Under the pieces are notes generated by a model. The model ran no database searches, had not been told where the DNA came from, and saw nothing but the letters and a program-made list of their open reading frames with translations. The position numbers and the translations under genes are program-made. This document shows positions 18,693 to 28,618 of a stretch of 64,000 nt of DNA, piece after piece; positions within the stretch are counted from its first letter, which is position 1; every line of letters begins with the position of its first letter. The stretch spans positions 736,001 to 800,000 of the forward strand of contig OZ253442.1 in the NCBI GenBank assembly GCA_965261085.1, given 5' to 3'. This stretch comes from a bacterium (GTDB lineage: Bacteria > UBA8248).

Positions 18693-19414
18693 GCCGACTT
18701 TTCCTTCTTGGATCACAGCAACTAGCGAGGCGCAACGGTCGGCATCCACAATCCATTAGCTGACCAACCCTGCGAACGATGGGTCTGGAATTTGCAATCC
18801 ATCCTCCCGCCGAATAATGCTCAGTCGCGCATCCGATGTTTGCCACGCGGGACACATGGTTTAGATGAACCTCTTGCCGGATGACGACTTCTGGGAACGT
18901 GTCGGCCCCGACCGCCGTCTCCAGCTTTACCTTCATCTGTCGCTGAGCGTTAGCACGGTTTAAGATGTCGTCTAGACCGACCATACCCTAAATATTGCGG
19001 ACGGGGAAGCACGCGATGCTACGGGAAAAACCCACAATCCTCCTACCGCCCGTTTAGAGACACTAGGGAATTGCCAACAGTAAAAAATCCCGCTATCCCA
19101 TTGATATCATTGAGAAATACTAACTCTTCTCATTCTAGTTCGGAGTGTGTTTTCTGAAATATGTAATCAATCCGGAAGCGGAAGAATTCAAACTCCCGCG
19201 TATTTTGGAGAGTCCGTGTCGGGTCGGATAGGTAGGAGGGAGTCGTTACCGAGCCCCTCCTACCCGGCCCCCTGTCAGTAACCATTACGCCCCCAATCTT
19301 TCCCCTTCAAACCAGTCCAGCCTAAGGGTATCGAAATTTCTCCTATTCAGCATGGACCGGTTTAAAGGAGAAAGATTATTGCTCGATCACATGGTCTTGA
19401 GACACATCGGTTCG

Positions 19415-19607
19415 CAATTTCTCACTCATCGATCGAAATTGACCCCCCACCGACTCGCTTGCGGGCTTACGCCCTTACCTCGTCGACTCCCCCTCAAGGG
19501 GAGAGTATCTTTCTTTCTCATCAGTTGCCAATGCTGTTCAAGAGCGAAGTCCGCAGCCACGCCTATGGGGGTGAATTCCGAGCGAGGAGAGCTTTTTCAA
19601 CAACCCC
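19415..19607. repeat. dispersed palindromic repeat ending in an IS1182-like terminal IR (MITE-like)
   Basis: CAATTT..AAATTG hairpin, CCCCCCACCG..CTCCCCCTCAAGGGGAGAGT arm, and TTTTTCAACAACCCC at 19593-19607. Confidence 0.6.
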
Positions 19608-20405
19608 CTAGCCTCCCGCTTCTGCCAGAAACGCATCCACGGCCGCGTTCCATTCCGTGTGGGAGCGGCGATAGCTGTAATGGCCTCCCTCCTCCAGGAT
19701 CACGAGCTTAGAACCCGCAATCGCCTTTTGTAAGTCCTGGGCGAAGTACGGCGGGGTGAGGGCGTCGTCTTTCGCGGCGATGATGAGCGCCGGCTTGTCG
19801 ATGTTTTGAATCTCGGCGGTTCTGTCGTGGGTAAGCGTCATGTCGAGGCGCGCGGTGATGACCTCAACGGGCGCGATGGTGTCCTTCTGGCGCGCTTCCA
19901 GGTCGAGCAGGTTCTCGTACATGTTCCTGAACTGCGTCCACCCGCACGTCCACAGCGAGCTGAACTTGATGTATTCCTCCAGTCCGTAGGCCTCGGCGAT
20001 CTGCTTGCGCGAGGTCTGAAGGCGCGTCATGTAGGGGTCGGCCTTCGTCCAGGTGTTGGTGAACACACAACAATTTATCCGTTCGGGATAGTCGAGCGCC
20101 AGGTTTTGCAGTATGCACCCGCCCGTGGAAGTGCCCGCCACGTGGGCCTTTTCGATTCCCAGCGTGTCGAGCAGGGCGATGGCGTCCTGCGCGATGATGC
20201 CGGTGGAATAAGCGTCTTTTGGCTTGTCGCTCTCGCCCGTGCCCCTGTGGTCGAAGGTGATGCATCGGTAGCGATCCGAAAAATGGGGAATCTGGAAATC
20301 CCAGGCGTCCAGAAGGCCCATGAGACCGGGGATGAACAGGAACGCCTCCCCCTCTCCACTTTCCGCGTAGTTGAGTTGCACCTCACCGGCTTGAATGCGT
20401 GGCAT
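19608..20405 (-). CDS. alpha/beta hydrolase (RutD/PcaD-like)
   Basis: DHRGTGES, nucleophile elbow GTSTGG, GGH catalytic His. Confidence 0.9.
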   Translation of the reverse strand: MPRIQAGEVQLNYAESGEGEAFLFIPGLMGLLDAWDFQIPHFSDRYRCITFDHRGTGESDKPKDAYSTGIIAQDAIALLDTLGIEKAHVAGTSTGGCILQNLALDYPERINCCVFTNTWTKADPYMTRLQTSRKQIAEAYGLEEYIKFSSLWTCGWTQFRNMYENLLDLEARQKDTIAPVEVITARLDMTLTHDRTAEIQNIDKPALIIAAKDDALTPPYFAQDLQKAIAGSKLVILEEGGHYSYRRSHTEWNAAVDAFLAEAGG

Positions 20406-20430
20406 GGTTTCTCCTTTTAGATTTTATGAT

Positions 20431-21444
20431 TTATTCGTTCGGGTCATTGAGGATTTCGGCCACCTCCACGCGGCGGCCCTCACGCGCGGAGCGCACGCCC
20501 GCGCGGATGACGGCGAGAGAGGATACGGCGGCCTCGCCTTCCATCTCGGGCGGCGCGCCGCCGCGAACGGCGTCCGCGAATTCTTCGAGTTCCTCGACGA
20601 TGGTCTCGTTCTTCTCACAGGCCACCGCCCGGGGCGATTTCTCGCCCCGGTAGAGGACGCGCAGGCCGTCAAAAAGCGTGTAGTAGGCCGTGGCCGTTTT
20701 CCCGTAGATGTTCATGAGGTAATACTCGGACGCCGAGGCGTAGCTCGCCGTCAGGTTCGAGATGGCGCCGCATTCATGCTCGAGAATCAGGTTCGCCACG
20801 TCGGGGTTCTCTCCGGGCAGGACGAGTTGGGCCGTCCGGCCCGAGACGGCGGCGATCGGCCCCATGATGTAGGTCAGCACGTCGGTGTAGTGGATGCCTA
20901 TCTGGAGCATGACGCCGCCCGGCATGGCATCGGCCTGATAGCGCCAGTGGCCGAGTTCGAACTGCCCCTCCCTGTCTCTGCTGATGTTGCACTCCGCCTG
21001 CACGAGTCTGCCGAATTCACCCGCATCGATCTTGTTCCTGATCCAGCGGAAGTGGTTCTCCCGCCGCCTCTGGTAGCCGATGGCGAGCACCACGCCCGCC
21101 TCTGCGCACGCGCGGGTGAGCGCCTTGCCGTCTGCGACCGTGTGGGCGATGGGTTTATCGAGAAAAACGTGTTTGCCCGCCTCGGCCGCCGCTTTTGTGG
21201 ATTCCAGGTGAACGTGGTTCGGCGTGGTGTTGATGATGGCCTCGATGGTATCGTCCGCCAGGATTTCCTCGTAGCTTCCCGCCGCCTCGCAATTGTATTT
21301 TTTCGCAAAGGCCGCGCGCTTGTCTTCAGAGCGCGTGAAGCATGCGGCAATCTCGATTTTATCGGTCTTTTGAATCGCATCGGCCAGAACGTCCGACCAC
21401 CAGCCCATGCCGAGCGACGCCACCCTTACAGGTTTGGAACTCAT
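20431..21444 (-). CDS. Gfo/Idh/MocA oxidoreductase
   Basis: GMGWW, TPNHVH, GKHVFLDKP and GGVMLQIGIH motifs. Confidence 0.92.
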   Translation of the reverse strand: MSSKPVRVASLGMGWWSDVLADAIQKTDKIEIAACFTRSEDKRAAFAKKYNCEAAGSYEEILADDTIEAIINTTPNHVHLESTKAAAEAGKHVFLDKPIAHTVADGKALTRACAEAGVVLAIGYQRRRENHFRWIRNKIDAGEFGRLVQAECNISRDREGQFELGHWRYQADAMPGGVMLQIGIHYTDVLTYIMGPIAAVSGRTAQLVLPGENPDVANLILEHECGAISNLTASYASASEYYLMNIYGKTATAYYTLFDGLRVLYRGEKSPRAVACEKNETIVEELEEFADAVRGGAPPEMEGEAAVSSLAVIRAGVRSAREGRRVEVAEILNDPNE

Positions 21445-21532
21445 TTTTCCTGTGACTCCTTCATATGATGCCGATACAAGGGATGAAAAATGTTTTTTGC
21501 GGGCTTTCGCAGAGGCGCAGCGCGCCATAAAA

Positions 21533-21970
21533 TCAAAAAGAAGCGCCCACCGCCTCGACGGCCACGCGCGCGATGGCCTCATCCTGCGCCCAGTCGCCCC
21601 CGCTCACGCCGATGCCGCCCAGACACTCACCCTCATAAAGAATCGGAAAACCGCCTTCCATCGCCGTCCATCGCTCGGGACCTGCGGCGAGGGCCAGGCC
21701 CAAGGCGTGGGCGGTATCCAGATGCTGGGCCTGCGCGCCCTGCGTGGTGGTGGGCCGCTTGTTCGAAGCCGAACACACCGCCTTGGTGGTGGATGAATGC
21801 ACGGTGTGGAAGCGCCCGCCGTCCATGCGCTCGAGGAGCACCAAGTGTCCGCCAGCGTCGGCGATGGCCACGGTGACGGGGATGCCGAACTCCTCCGCCT
21901 TGGCGATGGCGGCCGTCATCATCAGTTTGGCCCCCTTGGTGGTGAGGCGATGGGTGCGGGCGAATGGCAT
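21533..21970 (-). CDS. GlcG/HbpS heme-binding family protein
   Basis: VAIADAGGH, RMDG and GGIGVSGG..QDE motifs. Confidence 0.9.
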   Translation of the reverse strand: MPFARTHRLTTKGAKLMMTAAIAKAEEFGIPVTVAIADAGGHLVLLERMDGGRFHTVHSSTTKAVCSASNKRPTTTQGAQAQHLDTAHALGLALAAGPERWTAMEGGFPILYEGECLGGIGVSGGDWAQDEAIARVAVEAVGASF

Positions 21971-22163
21971 GGATGCGTCTCCTATGGCTGTGGGCTTCCC
22001 GTTAAGCAGAAAATTTTCCCCTTGTAACAATTCAACCATCTTTTGTCGACGTTTAGGGTCTCCCTTCCAAAGGGAGCGAATTCCCTCGCGCCCGCCTCAC
22101 CCTTGTCATCGGCCAGAGGCTCCCCCATCATGCGCCTCGTTCTGGATTTTGAGAGAAAGGGGA

Positions 22164-22943
22164 ATGGTAGTGTCCGATATCGTTTCGTTCATGGAGGAGA
22201 CCGCCCGTAAGGCGGGCGCGCGCGCCATAGAGTTGTTCGGTCATGTTGAAAGCGAACCCAAAGGACGCAGCATCGTCTCGCGCGCCGACAGGGAGGTTGA
22301 GCGCATCATCATCGAGGAGATTCGCGCGGCCTATCCTGATGATCCCGTACTGGCGGAGGAAAGCGGCGTGAGCGGCGCGGGCGATATCGGCCCCGACACC
22401 CGCTGGTGGGCGATAGACCCCATCGACGGCACCGGCCCCTACTTGAAGGGACTCCCCTTCTGGGCGGTCTCCATCGCGTGTCTTAGAGGCTCGCATGTAG
22501 AGGCGGGCGTCGTCCACATGCCGGCAATGGGCGAGACCTTCACCGCCACGATCTCAGGCCCCGCCATGAGGAACGGAGAGCCTATCCCCAAAGTCGATCA
22601 GGGAGTGCCCACCGCGCACGATTATCTCTTCATTCCGTGCGGTGAGGTAGAGGGCCTCTCGCACCGATTCCCCGGTCGTTTTCTGGCGCTGGCATCCGCC
22701 GCCTGCCATATATGCCTCACGGCGGCGGGTTCGGCCTTTGGAGCCTTGATGGAGCCCATACGCGCGTATGACTTCGCCGCCGCCGCCCTCATCTATGAGC
22801 GCGCGGGCGGAGCGGTGGGCTATCTATCGGGAGCGGGAATCGACTACACGGCGCTGGCGGATGGACGCCGGGCACCTGAACCCGTACTCGCAGCCCCGGC
22901 AGAGCGAATCGACTGGCTGAGAGAAAAAGTTTCCTGGGGCTAG
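22164..22943 (+). CDS. inositol monophosphatase family protein
   Basis: ADREVE, LAEES, WAIDPIDGT and YDFAAA motifs. Confidence 0.9.
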   Translation: MVVSDIVSFMEETARKAGARAIELFGHVESEPKGRSIVSRADREVERIIIEEIRAAYPDDPVLAEESGVSGAGDIGPDTRWWAIDPIDGTGPYLKGLPFWAVSIACLRGSHVEAGVVHMPAMGETFTATISGPAMRNGEPIPKVDQGVPTAHDYLFIPCGEVEGLSHRFPGRFLALASAACHICLTAAGSAFGALMEPIRAYDFAAAALIYERAGGAVGYLSGAGIDYTALADGRRAPEPVLAAPAERIDWLREKVSWG

Positions 22944-22961
22944 ATTTTTCGGAGCTTGAGC

Positions 22962-23765
22962 CTACATCCACATGCCCGCGCGCTGCATCATCTGGTCGAG
23001 CTGGAAGCTCACGCGATCGGCGCATTCGAACGGCGTCGTGTGGCCTGCGCCGTCCACCAACTCCAAGACCGAATCGCTCAGCCCCTCGTGTAAGGCGGTC
23101 ATCTGCGCGTGCGGCACCAGCGCATCGCCCGTGCCGCCGAAGACCACGCAGGGAACGGTGATTTCGCCCAGGCGCGGCGTCATCTCCTCGCGCGTGCGTA
23201 GAGCGTCGATGAGCGAGGCGATGTAGTCGGGAATCTGTGAGAGCACGACTTTTTTCGTGGCCTCTATTTCGAGCGGATGGGAGGCGATGTAGGCCGGCGC
23301 AAACAGGCTCTCCAGGAAATGCTGCGCAAAACCCGCCATTCCCTCGTTGATGACGGTCTGCATGTGCTGTAGGCGCACCTTCTTGCCTTCTTCTGAATCC
23401 GCCGTCGCCCGGGTGCTGATGAAGCCGCACGCGCGCACCTTGAGCGGGTGGCGCACCACCATCTGGAGCAGGATGTAGCCGCCCAGGGAGAACCCCGCCA
23501 CGGCGGCGGCGCTGATGTCGAGCGCGCCGAGGAAGGCCGCCATGTCGTCGGCCATCATCTCGATGGTGATGGGGCCGCCCGAGTGCGCCGTCCGCCCCAT
23601 GCCGCGCATGTCGGGAGCCAGAACCCGGTAGCTTCTTTGCAGCGCTTCGACTTGGCGGTCCCAGATGGTGTGATCCAGCGAAAACCCGTGCAGGAGCAGG
23701 AGCGGCGCCCCGCTTCCCGATTCCTGGTAGGCGATATCGATTCCGTTTACGGATACGGTTTTCAT
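22962..23765 (-). CDS. alpha/beta hydrolase (enol-lactonase-like)
   Basis: LLHGF, DMRGMG, GFSLGG and AGH motifs. Confidence 0.9.
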   Translation of the reverse strand: MKTVSVNGIDIAYQESGSGAPLLLLHGFSLDHTIWDRQVEALQRSYRVLAPDMRGMGRTAHSGGPITIEMMADDMAAFLGALDISAAAVAGFSLGGYILLQMVVRHPLKVRACGFISTRATADSEEGKKVRLQHMQTVINEGMAGFAQHFLESLFAPAYIASHPLEIEATKKVVLSQIPDYIASLIDALRTREEMTPRLGEITVPCVVFGGTGDALVPHAQMTALHEGLSDSVLELVDGAGHTTPFECADRVSFQLDQMMQRAGMWM

Positions 23766-23938
23766 GGCGCGCTCCCATCGTGTTTGAACCGGCTTCAAAA
23801 GGCCGAGTTGTTTTTAGAGGTTAAGATTCTAGCACACGAGAGATGCCGCCGGAACGCCGGGGAGGGGGTTGGGGCGGGGGGGGGGGGAATGTAGAGTTGT
23901 TTCGGGAAAAGGATATTCACTTTTGGTGAACAAACTTT

Positions 23939-24382
23939 TCAAGAACGAAGAATTCTCTTGAAAGGGCTTGTCCTTAAAAAATACTTTCCCGGTTTTCCAG
24001 CGAGTAAAAACCCGGAACCCTTTGGAGCCTTGGTAAGGGCAAACAAATCCTCTTTCACTTGCAATATCGCGCACGCTTTTTCAAATTGATTGTCATGCAG
24101 GATGGATTTGGTCATTAAAACATGTGTAACTCCGTTTTGTTCGCAGATTACCCTGAATGAAACACTTCTGTTCTTAATACCCCAATCCGTGCTTATGACT
24201 ATCCAACCATCCGTTGCCGCTTTGGGTATCCATTCCGGATCTTTTTGGTGATCCCACCCCAAGTCGAATATAGAAGCAAAAGTAATGTCTCTATTTCTGT
24301 CTTTTTCGGCGAGTTCTTGTAGTGGGGGAGCAATTTTTTTGCTAATGCACTCGTCCAGAAGAATTTTGATGGGGTCGGTCAT
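23939..24382 (-). CDS. PIN-like toxin (VapC45/DUF5615-like)
   Basis: ILLDECI, KDPEWI and GWIVISTD motifs; lower GC. Confidence 0.8.
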   Translation of the reverse strand: MTDPIKILLDECISKKIAPPLQELAEKDRNRDITFASIFDLGWDHQKDPEWIPKAATDGWIVISTDWGIKNRSVSFRVICEQNGVTHVLMTKSILHDNQFEKACAILQVKEDLFALTKAPKGSGFLLAGKPGKYFLRTSPFKRILRS

Positions 24383-24390
24383 GCAGCCAA

Positions 24391-25062
24391 TCAATCCTCC
24401 AGATAATGGTCCACATAATTGCAGGCTGCTTCTACCGCATCAATTTCTACGCCAAAAACATCGGCGGCACGCTCTATTCCTCCTTCGGAAGATACGGCTG
24501 ACCACAGTGTTTTCACTGTGTAGCCGGAATCTTCGATTATAGGCTCGCCAAATCTCACCTCGGGGTCTAAGAGGACGTTCCAGTTTTTATAGTTGTAAGG
24601 ACGAATTTGCGTTGCCAGAAAGGTTTTATCAAAACTAATTTTCCTTTGATAAATTTCTACGAATGCTGGAATCACTAAATTTCCTCTGGATCTCCCAGAT
24701 GCCTGATAGTAGTTCTTATTATCGGGGTCGCCTCTGAATACAATATTCTTTCCTACGATATGCCAGACTTCTCCATATTTTCTGGCTAATGGGCGGTCAA
24801 TACCCAGTTCTTTTGCGTACGAAAGGGCTTGCTTTATTCTTGTAAGAGATACGCCTGCCTTTCTAGCTGTGCGGATGGCCCCAAGTTGGATGAAATCAGC
24901 AAATGTGATAAGCCGCTGTTCGGGTATGTCGACTCCCGACTCTAAGACGGGATCAGTATAGAACCAACGAGTTACGAGGTGAGGCGAAACTTGTGCGTAA
25001 TATGCTGCCTCTCGGGTAGTGTAGAGTCCAACACCAAGTAAATTTTCTGTCGTCGCAACCAT
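24391..25062 (-). CDS. HTH plus DUF433 antitoxin (VapB45-like)
   Basis: GLYTTREAA N-terminal HTH; LDPEVRFGEPII...VEAACNY DUF433; AGGAGG RBS. Confidence 0.85.
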   Translation of the reverse strand: MVATTENLLGVGLYTTREAAYYAQVSPHLVTRWFYTDPVLESGVDIPEQRLITFADFIQLGAIRTARKAGVSLTRIKQALSYAKELGIDRPLARKYGEVWHIVGKNIVFRGDPDNKNYYQASGRSRGNLVIPAFVEIYQRKISFDKTFLATQIRPYNYKNWNVLLDPEVRFGEPIIEDSGYTVKTLWSAVSSEGGIERAADVFGVEIDAVEAACNYVDHYLED

Positions 25063-25192
25063 CGGCGGACCTCCTTGCAAAACTACTTCCATTATAGTCG
25101 AAAAAGTACGAGTGGAATAATCTCGCAGAGAGGACTTTCTTGAAGTTGTGAGCGATAGATTTTCTCACATTCACAACATAGCTGTTTTTTCC

Positions 25193-26434
25193 TCATTCCT
25201 CCCACCCCAAAACAGGCAGCGACAGCAGGGCGAATTCGCCGAGCGCCAGTTCGATTTCCTCGCGCACCCAGGCGTCTCTTTCGACTTCGAGTCTGGCCTC
25301 AAGAGCGAAGCGCGCGCGCTCATCGCGAATTCGCTTGCCGACGCGGGCGAGCGCCCACGCGGCGTGGCCGCGCGCGAGGGGTTCCCGGTGACCGAGGGCG
25401 CGGGCCAGGGGCGCCATGCTCTCCGCACCCCCCGTGTTGCCGATGGCGACGATGACGTTTCTCAAAAAACCCCCGTAGCGCGCCCGCATGATGGGCGTGC
25501 CGCGAAACGCCTTTTGGAACCCGATCTCGCTCATCGCAAGGAAATCGAGCAATTGGGGATTCCGCGCCGCCGGTCGGGGGGCGAACCTAGGCTCGCGCGC
25601 GGTGGGCGCGTCGTCCTTCCAGGGGCAGACCTCCTGGCAGATGTCGCAGCCGAAGACGTGCGCGCCCACCGGAGCGCGGAGTTCTCTCGGAATCGGGCCT
25701 CTGAGCTCGATGGTGAGGTATGAGATGCAGCGCCTCGCGTCCACCACGCCCGGCGCGACGATGGCGTCCGTCGGGCAATCGTCGATACAGCGCGTGCACG
25801 TGCCGCAGTGCTCATCCGTGAAGGGCGCGTCCACTTCCAGCGCCCTGTTCAGGAGCAGGCAGCCCAGGAAGAAATAGCTCCCCAACTTGCGCGAGAGAAG
25901 CAGGGAGTTCTTTCCTTTCCAGCCCAGGCCCGCCAGGACGGCCAGATCGCGCTCGAGCAGGGGGCCCGTGTCCACGTAGCTTCTGCCATTGATGCCCGGG
26001 TCGATACTTTTCAGGTCGCGCAGAACGCGGATGAGCCTTTTCTTCATGAACTTGTGGTAATCCCCGCCGTGGGCGTAGCGCGCGATTTTTCCCTGTCCCT
26101 CCGCATGGGGGGTTTCCTGCTCGGGCCTGTAGCACATGGCGACGACGAGGGCCGCGCGCGTCTCCGGCCAGAGGCGGCGCAAATCCCCGCGCACATAGGG
26201 GTTTCTGCTCAGATAGCTCATCTCGCCCGCGTAGCCTCGCTCGATCCACTCGACGTATCGCCCGTGCGCTTGGCCCAGGCCGGGCGGGGCGATGGCGGCA
26301 ACGTCGAAGCCGTGCGCCAGGGCGCATTCTTTGACCTTCCTTGTGAGTTCGCCCGCGCTCATGCGGCTCTCCCCTGTATGCGGGAGATTCGCACCGGGGT
26401 CTTCGGGAAGTGGGTTTGCGCGTTCGTTCGCCAT
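25193..26434 (-). CDS. queG: epoxyqueuosine reductase
   Basis: IARYA.GGDYH, VDTGPLLER, CGTCTRCIDDCPT and FGCDICQEVCPW motifs; C-terminal HEAT repeats. Confidence 0.95.
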   Translation of the reverse strand: MANERANPLPEDPGANLPHTGESRMSAGELTRKVKECALAHGFDVAAIAPPGLGQAHGRYVEWIERGYAGEMSYLSRNPYVRGDLRRLWPETRAALVVAMCYRPEQETPHAEGQGKIARYAHGGDYHKFMKKRLIRVLRDLKSIDPGINGRSYVDTGPLLERDLAVLAGLGWKGKNSLLLSRKLGSYFFLGCLLLNRALEVDAPFTDEHCGTCTRCIDDCPTDAIVAPGVVDARRCISYLTIELRGPIPRELRAPVGAHVFGCDICQEVCPWKDDAPTAREPRFAPRPAARNPQLLDFLAMSEIGFQKAFRGTPIMRARYGGFLRNVIVAIGNTGGAESMAPLARALGHREPLARGHAAWALARVGKRIRDERARFALEARLEVERDAWVREEIELALGEFALLSLPVLGWEE

Positions 26435-26610
26435 GTCTTCTCCAAGCGATACGAGAATGTCTCGTGAAGCGTCGATCTTGGCGGGCGGGCGGCTCTGTGT
26501 CAACAATTAGGCTGAAAAGAGTTTTATTGTTACCATGCGGGGGATTTGGTGGTATGTATTGATTCGCTTTGATTCCAAGCATTTGATCGCCTGCAAAAGG
26601 AAAACCCAAG

Positions 26611-27318
26611 TTGAACGGCAAGACGAAAATTCTGTGGGCGGCGGGCGTCTGCCTGCTGGCGACCGCCCTGCTCGTTTACCTCTTCTGGGGAGAGATAGAC
26701 GACGCCTGGGTGCACCTGGTGAAGCTCCAGGACAAGAAAGAGAAGTTCAGGGACTGGATTCATTCGTTCGGCCCCTGGGGTCCGGTGGTGTTCATCGGGG
26801 TGCAGGTGTTCCAGGTGGTTTTCTCTCCCATACCGGGCGAACTCACGGGATTTCTGGGCGGCTACGTGTATGGCGCGTTCGTGGCGACGATCTTCAGCAC
26901 CATCGGCCTGACGGTGGGGAGTTTCCTCGCGTTCTACATTGGGCGAAGGCTGGGCCGTCCTTTCGTGGAGAAGCTCATACCACCCGTGGTTCTCGATAAA
27001 TTCGATTTCCTCATTACGAACAGGGGCGCTTTTCTCGCCTTCATCCTGTTCTCGGTTCCAGGCTTTCCGAAGGACTATATGTGCTACCTGCTGGGCCTGA
27101 GCCCGCTGGGGACACTGACTTTCGTACTCATCTCCTTTCTGGGCAGGATTCCCGGCACCATCATGCTGGGCATCCAGGGAGCCGGGATGTACAAGGAGCA
27201 ATACGGTATGGTGGTCGCCCTGCTGGTGGTCACGGTGATCTGCGGGGCGGCGGCGGTCTACTTTCAGGAGCCTTTGAGGCTCTGGCTCAAGAGCAAGGCA
27301 GGCCACGGGGAAACTTAA
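26611..27318 (+). CDS. TVP38/TMEM64 (DedA-like) membrane protein
   Basis: SPIPGE..GFLGG, FYIGRRLGR and PGFPKD motifs. Confidence 0.9.
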   Translation: MNGKTKILWAAGVCLLATALLVYLFWGEIDDAWVHLVKLQDKKEKFRDWIHSFGPWGPVVFIGVQVFQVVFSPIPGELTGFLGGYVYGAFVATIFSTIGLTVGSFLAFYIGRRLGRPFVEKLIPPVVLDKFDFLITNRGAFLAFILFSVPGFPKDYMCYLLGLSPLGTLTFVLISFLGRIPGTIMLGIQGAGMYKEQYGMVVALLVVTVICGAAAVYFQEPLRLWLKSKAGHGET

Positions 27319-27341
27319 GGCCAGGCGCGCGCGACTCCTAA

Positions 27342-27650
27342 GGGGCTGTTGAAAAGTCCTGATTTCGTGATTTGGCGTATGTAGCCGACCGGGGAGGGAG
27401 GAGACAACATAATCCCTCCCGCCTTGGTCGGGATTGACCCCTTGAGGGGGCCATCCTCCCGATAGAGTATGGCGGAGCCACTCCCCCCTTGAGGGGGAGT
27501 GGCAGAAGCCGAGCGGTTTGTGCGAAGGCTGATGCGTGGGGGGTATGGTTCCCAAAACAAAAGCTCCCCCCACCGGCGCGACTTCAGACTTCGTCCTCGT
27601 CTTGCCGACGGACTTTCCCCTCGGAAAGCCCGACCCTCAAGGGGGGAGTT
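27342..27650. repeat. composite palindromic (REP/BIME-like) element preceded by an IS1182-like IR
   Basis: GGGGCTGTTGAAAAG at 27342; inverted arms ACTCCCCCCTTGAGGGGGAGT (27480) and CCCTCAAGGGGGGAGT (27634); lies between convergent genes. Confidence 0.65.
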
Positions 27651-27733
27651 ATTTCATAAGCGTATGCCGATTGAGAAATCCATATAACGGCTGCATGATT
27701 GAGGTTTGGCGATAATCCCTGCCCATATGAAAT

Positions 27734-28618
27734 CTAGGACACTCCGAGATACAGCAGAAGCAGGGGCGTGGTGATGAGGCTCAGCGCCGTACCCGTGAAC
27801 ACGATGGAGGCGGCCAAGGAGCCTTCCTCCCCGTAGCGTTCTGCGAAAATATAGTTCAGCACGGCGGGCGGGCTGCACGACATCAGGAAAAGCGCCGCGC
27901 GGAACACGCCCGTGAGCGCGAAGGCCTCACACAGCGCCCAGGCCAGCGAGAAGCCGATTCCGAAGCGGAGCGCCGCCACCAGGAGGCTGACACGGAAATC
28001 CGACACCCGGATGGAGCGAAGCCTGTAGCCCAGCGTGAAGAGCTCCACCGGGAACATGCCGCGCCCCGTCAGGTGCGTGAAGCGCATGATGAACTTGGGG
28101 ACGGGAACCGCCGCCAGCGCCACGATGATGCCCGCTATCGCCGCATAGAGGGCGGGCATCTTGAGGGGTTCCTTGATGCTCGTGCCGCCGCCGTGGGCCA
28201 TGATGCCCAAGGAGAAGGTGATGAAGACGTTCGGGATGGAGAGCATCACCACATGCGCCAGGCCCTCCTCGCCGAAGGCCAGAAGCGCCAGGGGATAGGG
28301 CAGCGAGACGGAGTTCATGAGCATCACGCTGGGCACGAAGGAGCGATGCGTCATGCCCGTCGCGCGCTTGACGGCGTAGGCGATTGCGCCGGGAATGATA
28401 TGAATCAGAATGGAGAAGACGCCCACCTTGAGCAACTCCTCCCACAGAATGTGCTGGCGCGCCAGGGCGTCGAACATCACGGCGGGCGCGAGCAGAAACA
28501 GGACCATTTCGGCCAGGACCCTGGGTTCGAGCTTTTTCCACCGGCCGTAGAGGAAGCCGATGCAGACCAGGGCCATGACCGGAAAAACGATGTTCAAAAG
28601 CGGTAAGATGGAAGACAT
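27734..28618 (-). CDS. AEC (auxin efflux carrier) family transporter
   Basis: About 10 TM; NSVSLPYPL..AFG and PPAVLNYIFAERY motifs. Confidence 0.9.
   Translation of the reverse strand: MSSILPLLNIVFPVMALVCIGFLYGRWKKLEPRVLAEMVLFLLAPAVMFDALARQHILWEELLKVGVFSILIHIIPGAIAYAVKRATGMTHRSFVPSVMLMNSVSLPYPLALLAFGEEGLAHVVMLSIPNVFITFSLGIMAHGGGTSIKEPLKMPALYAAIAGIIVALAAVPVPKFIMRFTHLTGRGMFPVELFTLGYRLRSIRVSDFRVSLLVAALRFGIGFSLAWALCEAFALTGVFRAALFLMSCSPPAVLNYIFAERYGEEGSLAASIVFTGTALSLITTPLLLLYLGVS

Noticed and set aside
21744-22163. N-terminal extension of the inositol monophosphatase ORF
   Set aside because: Overlaps the GlcG gene on the opposite strand; family motifs begin after ATG 22164, which has an RBS.
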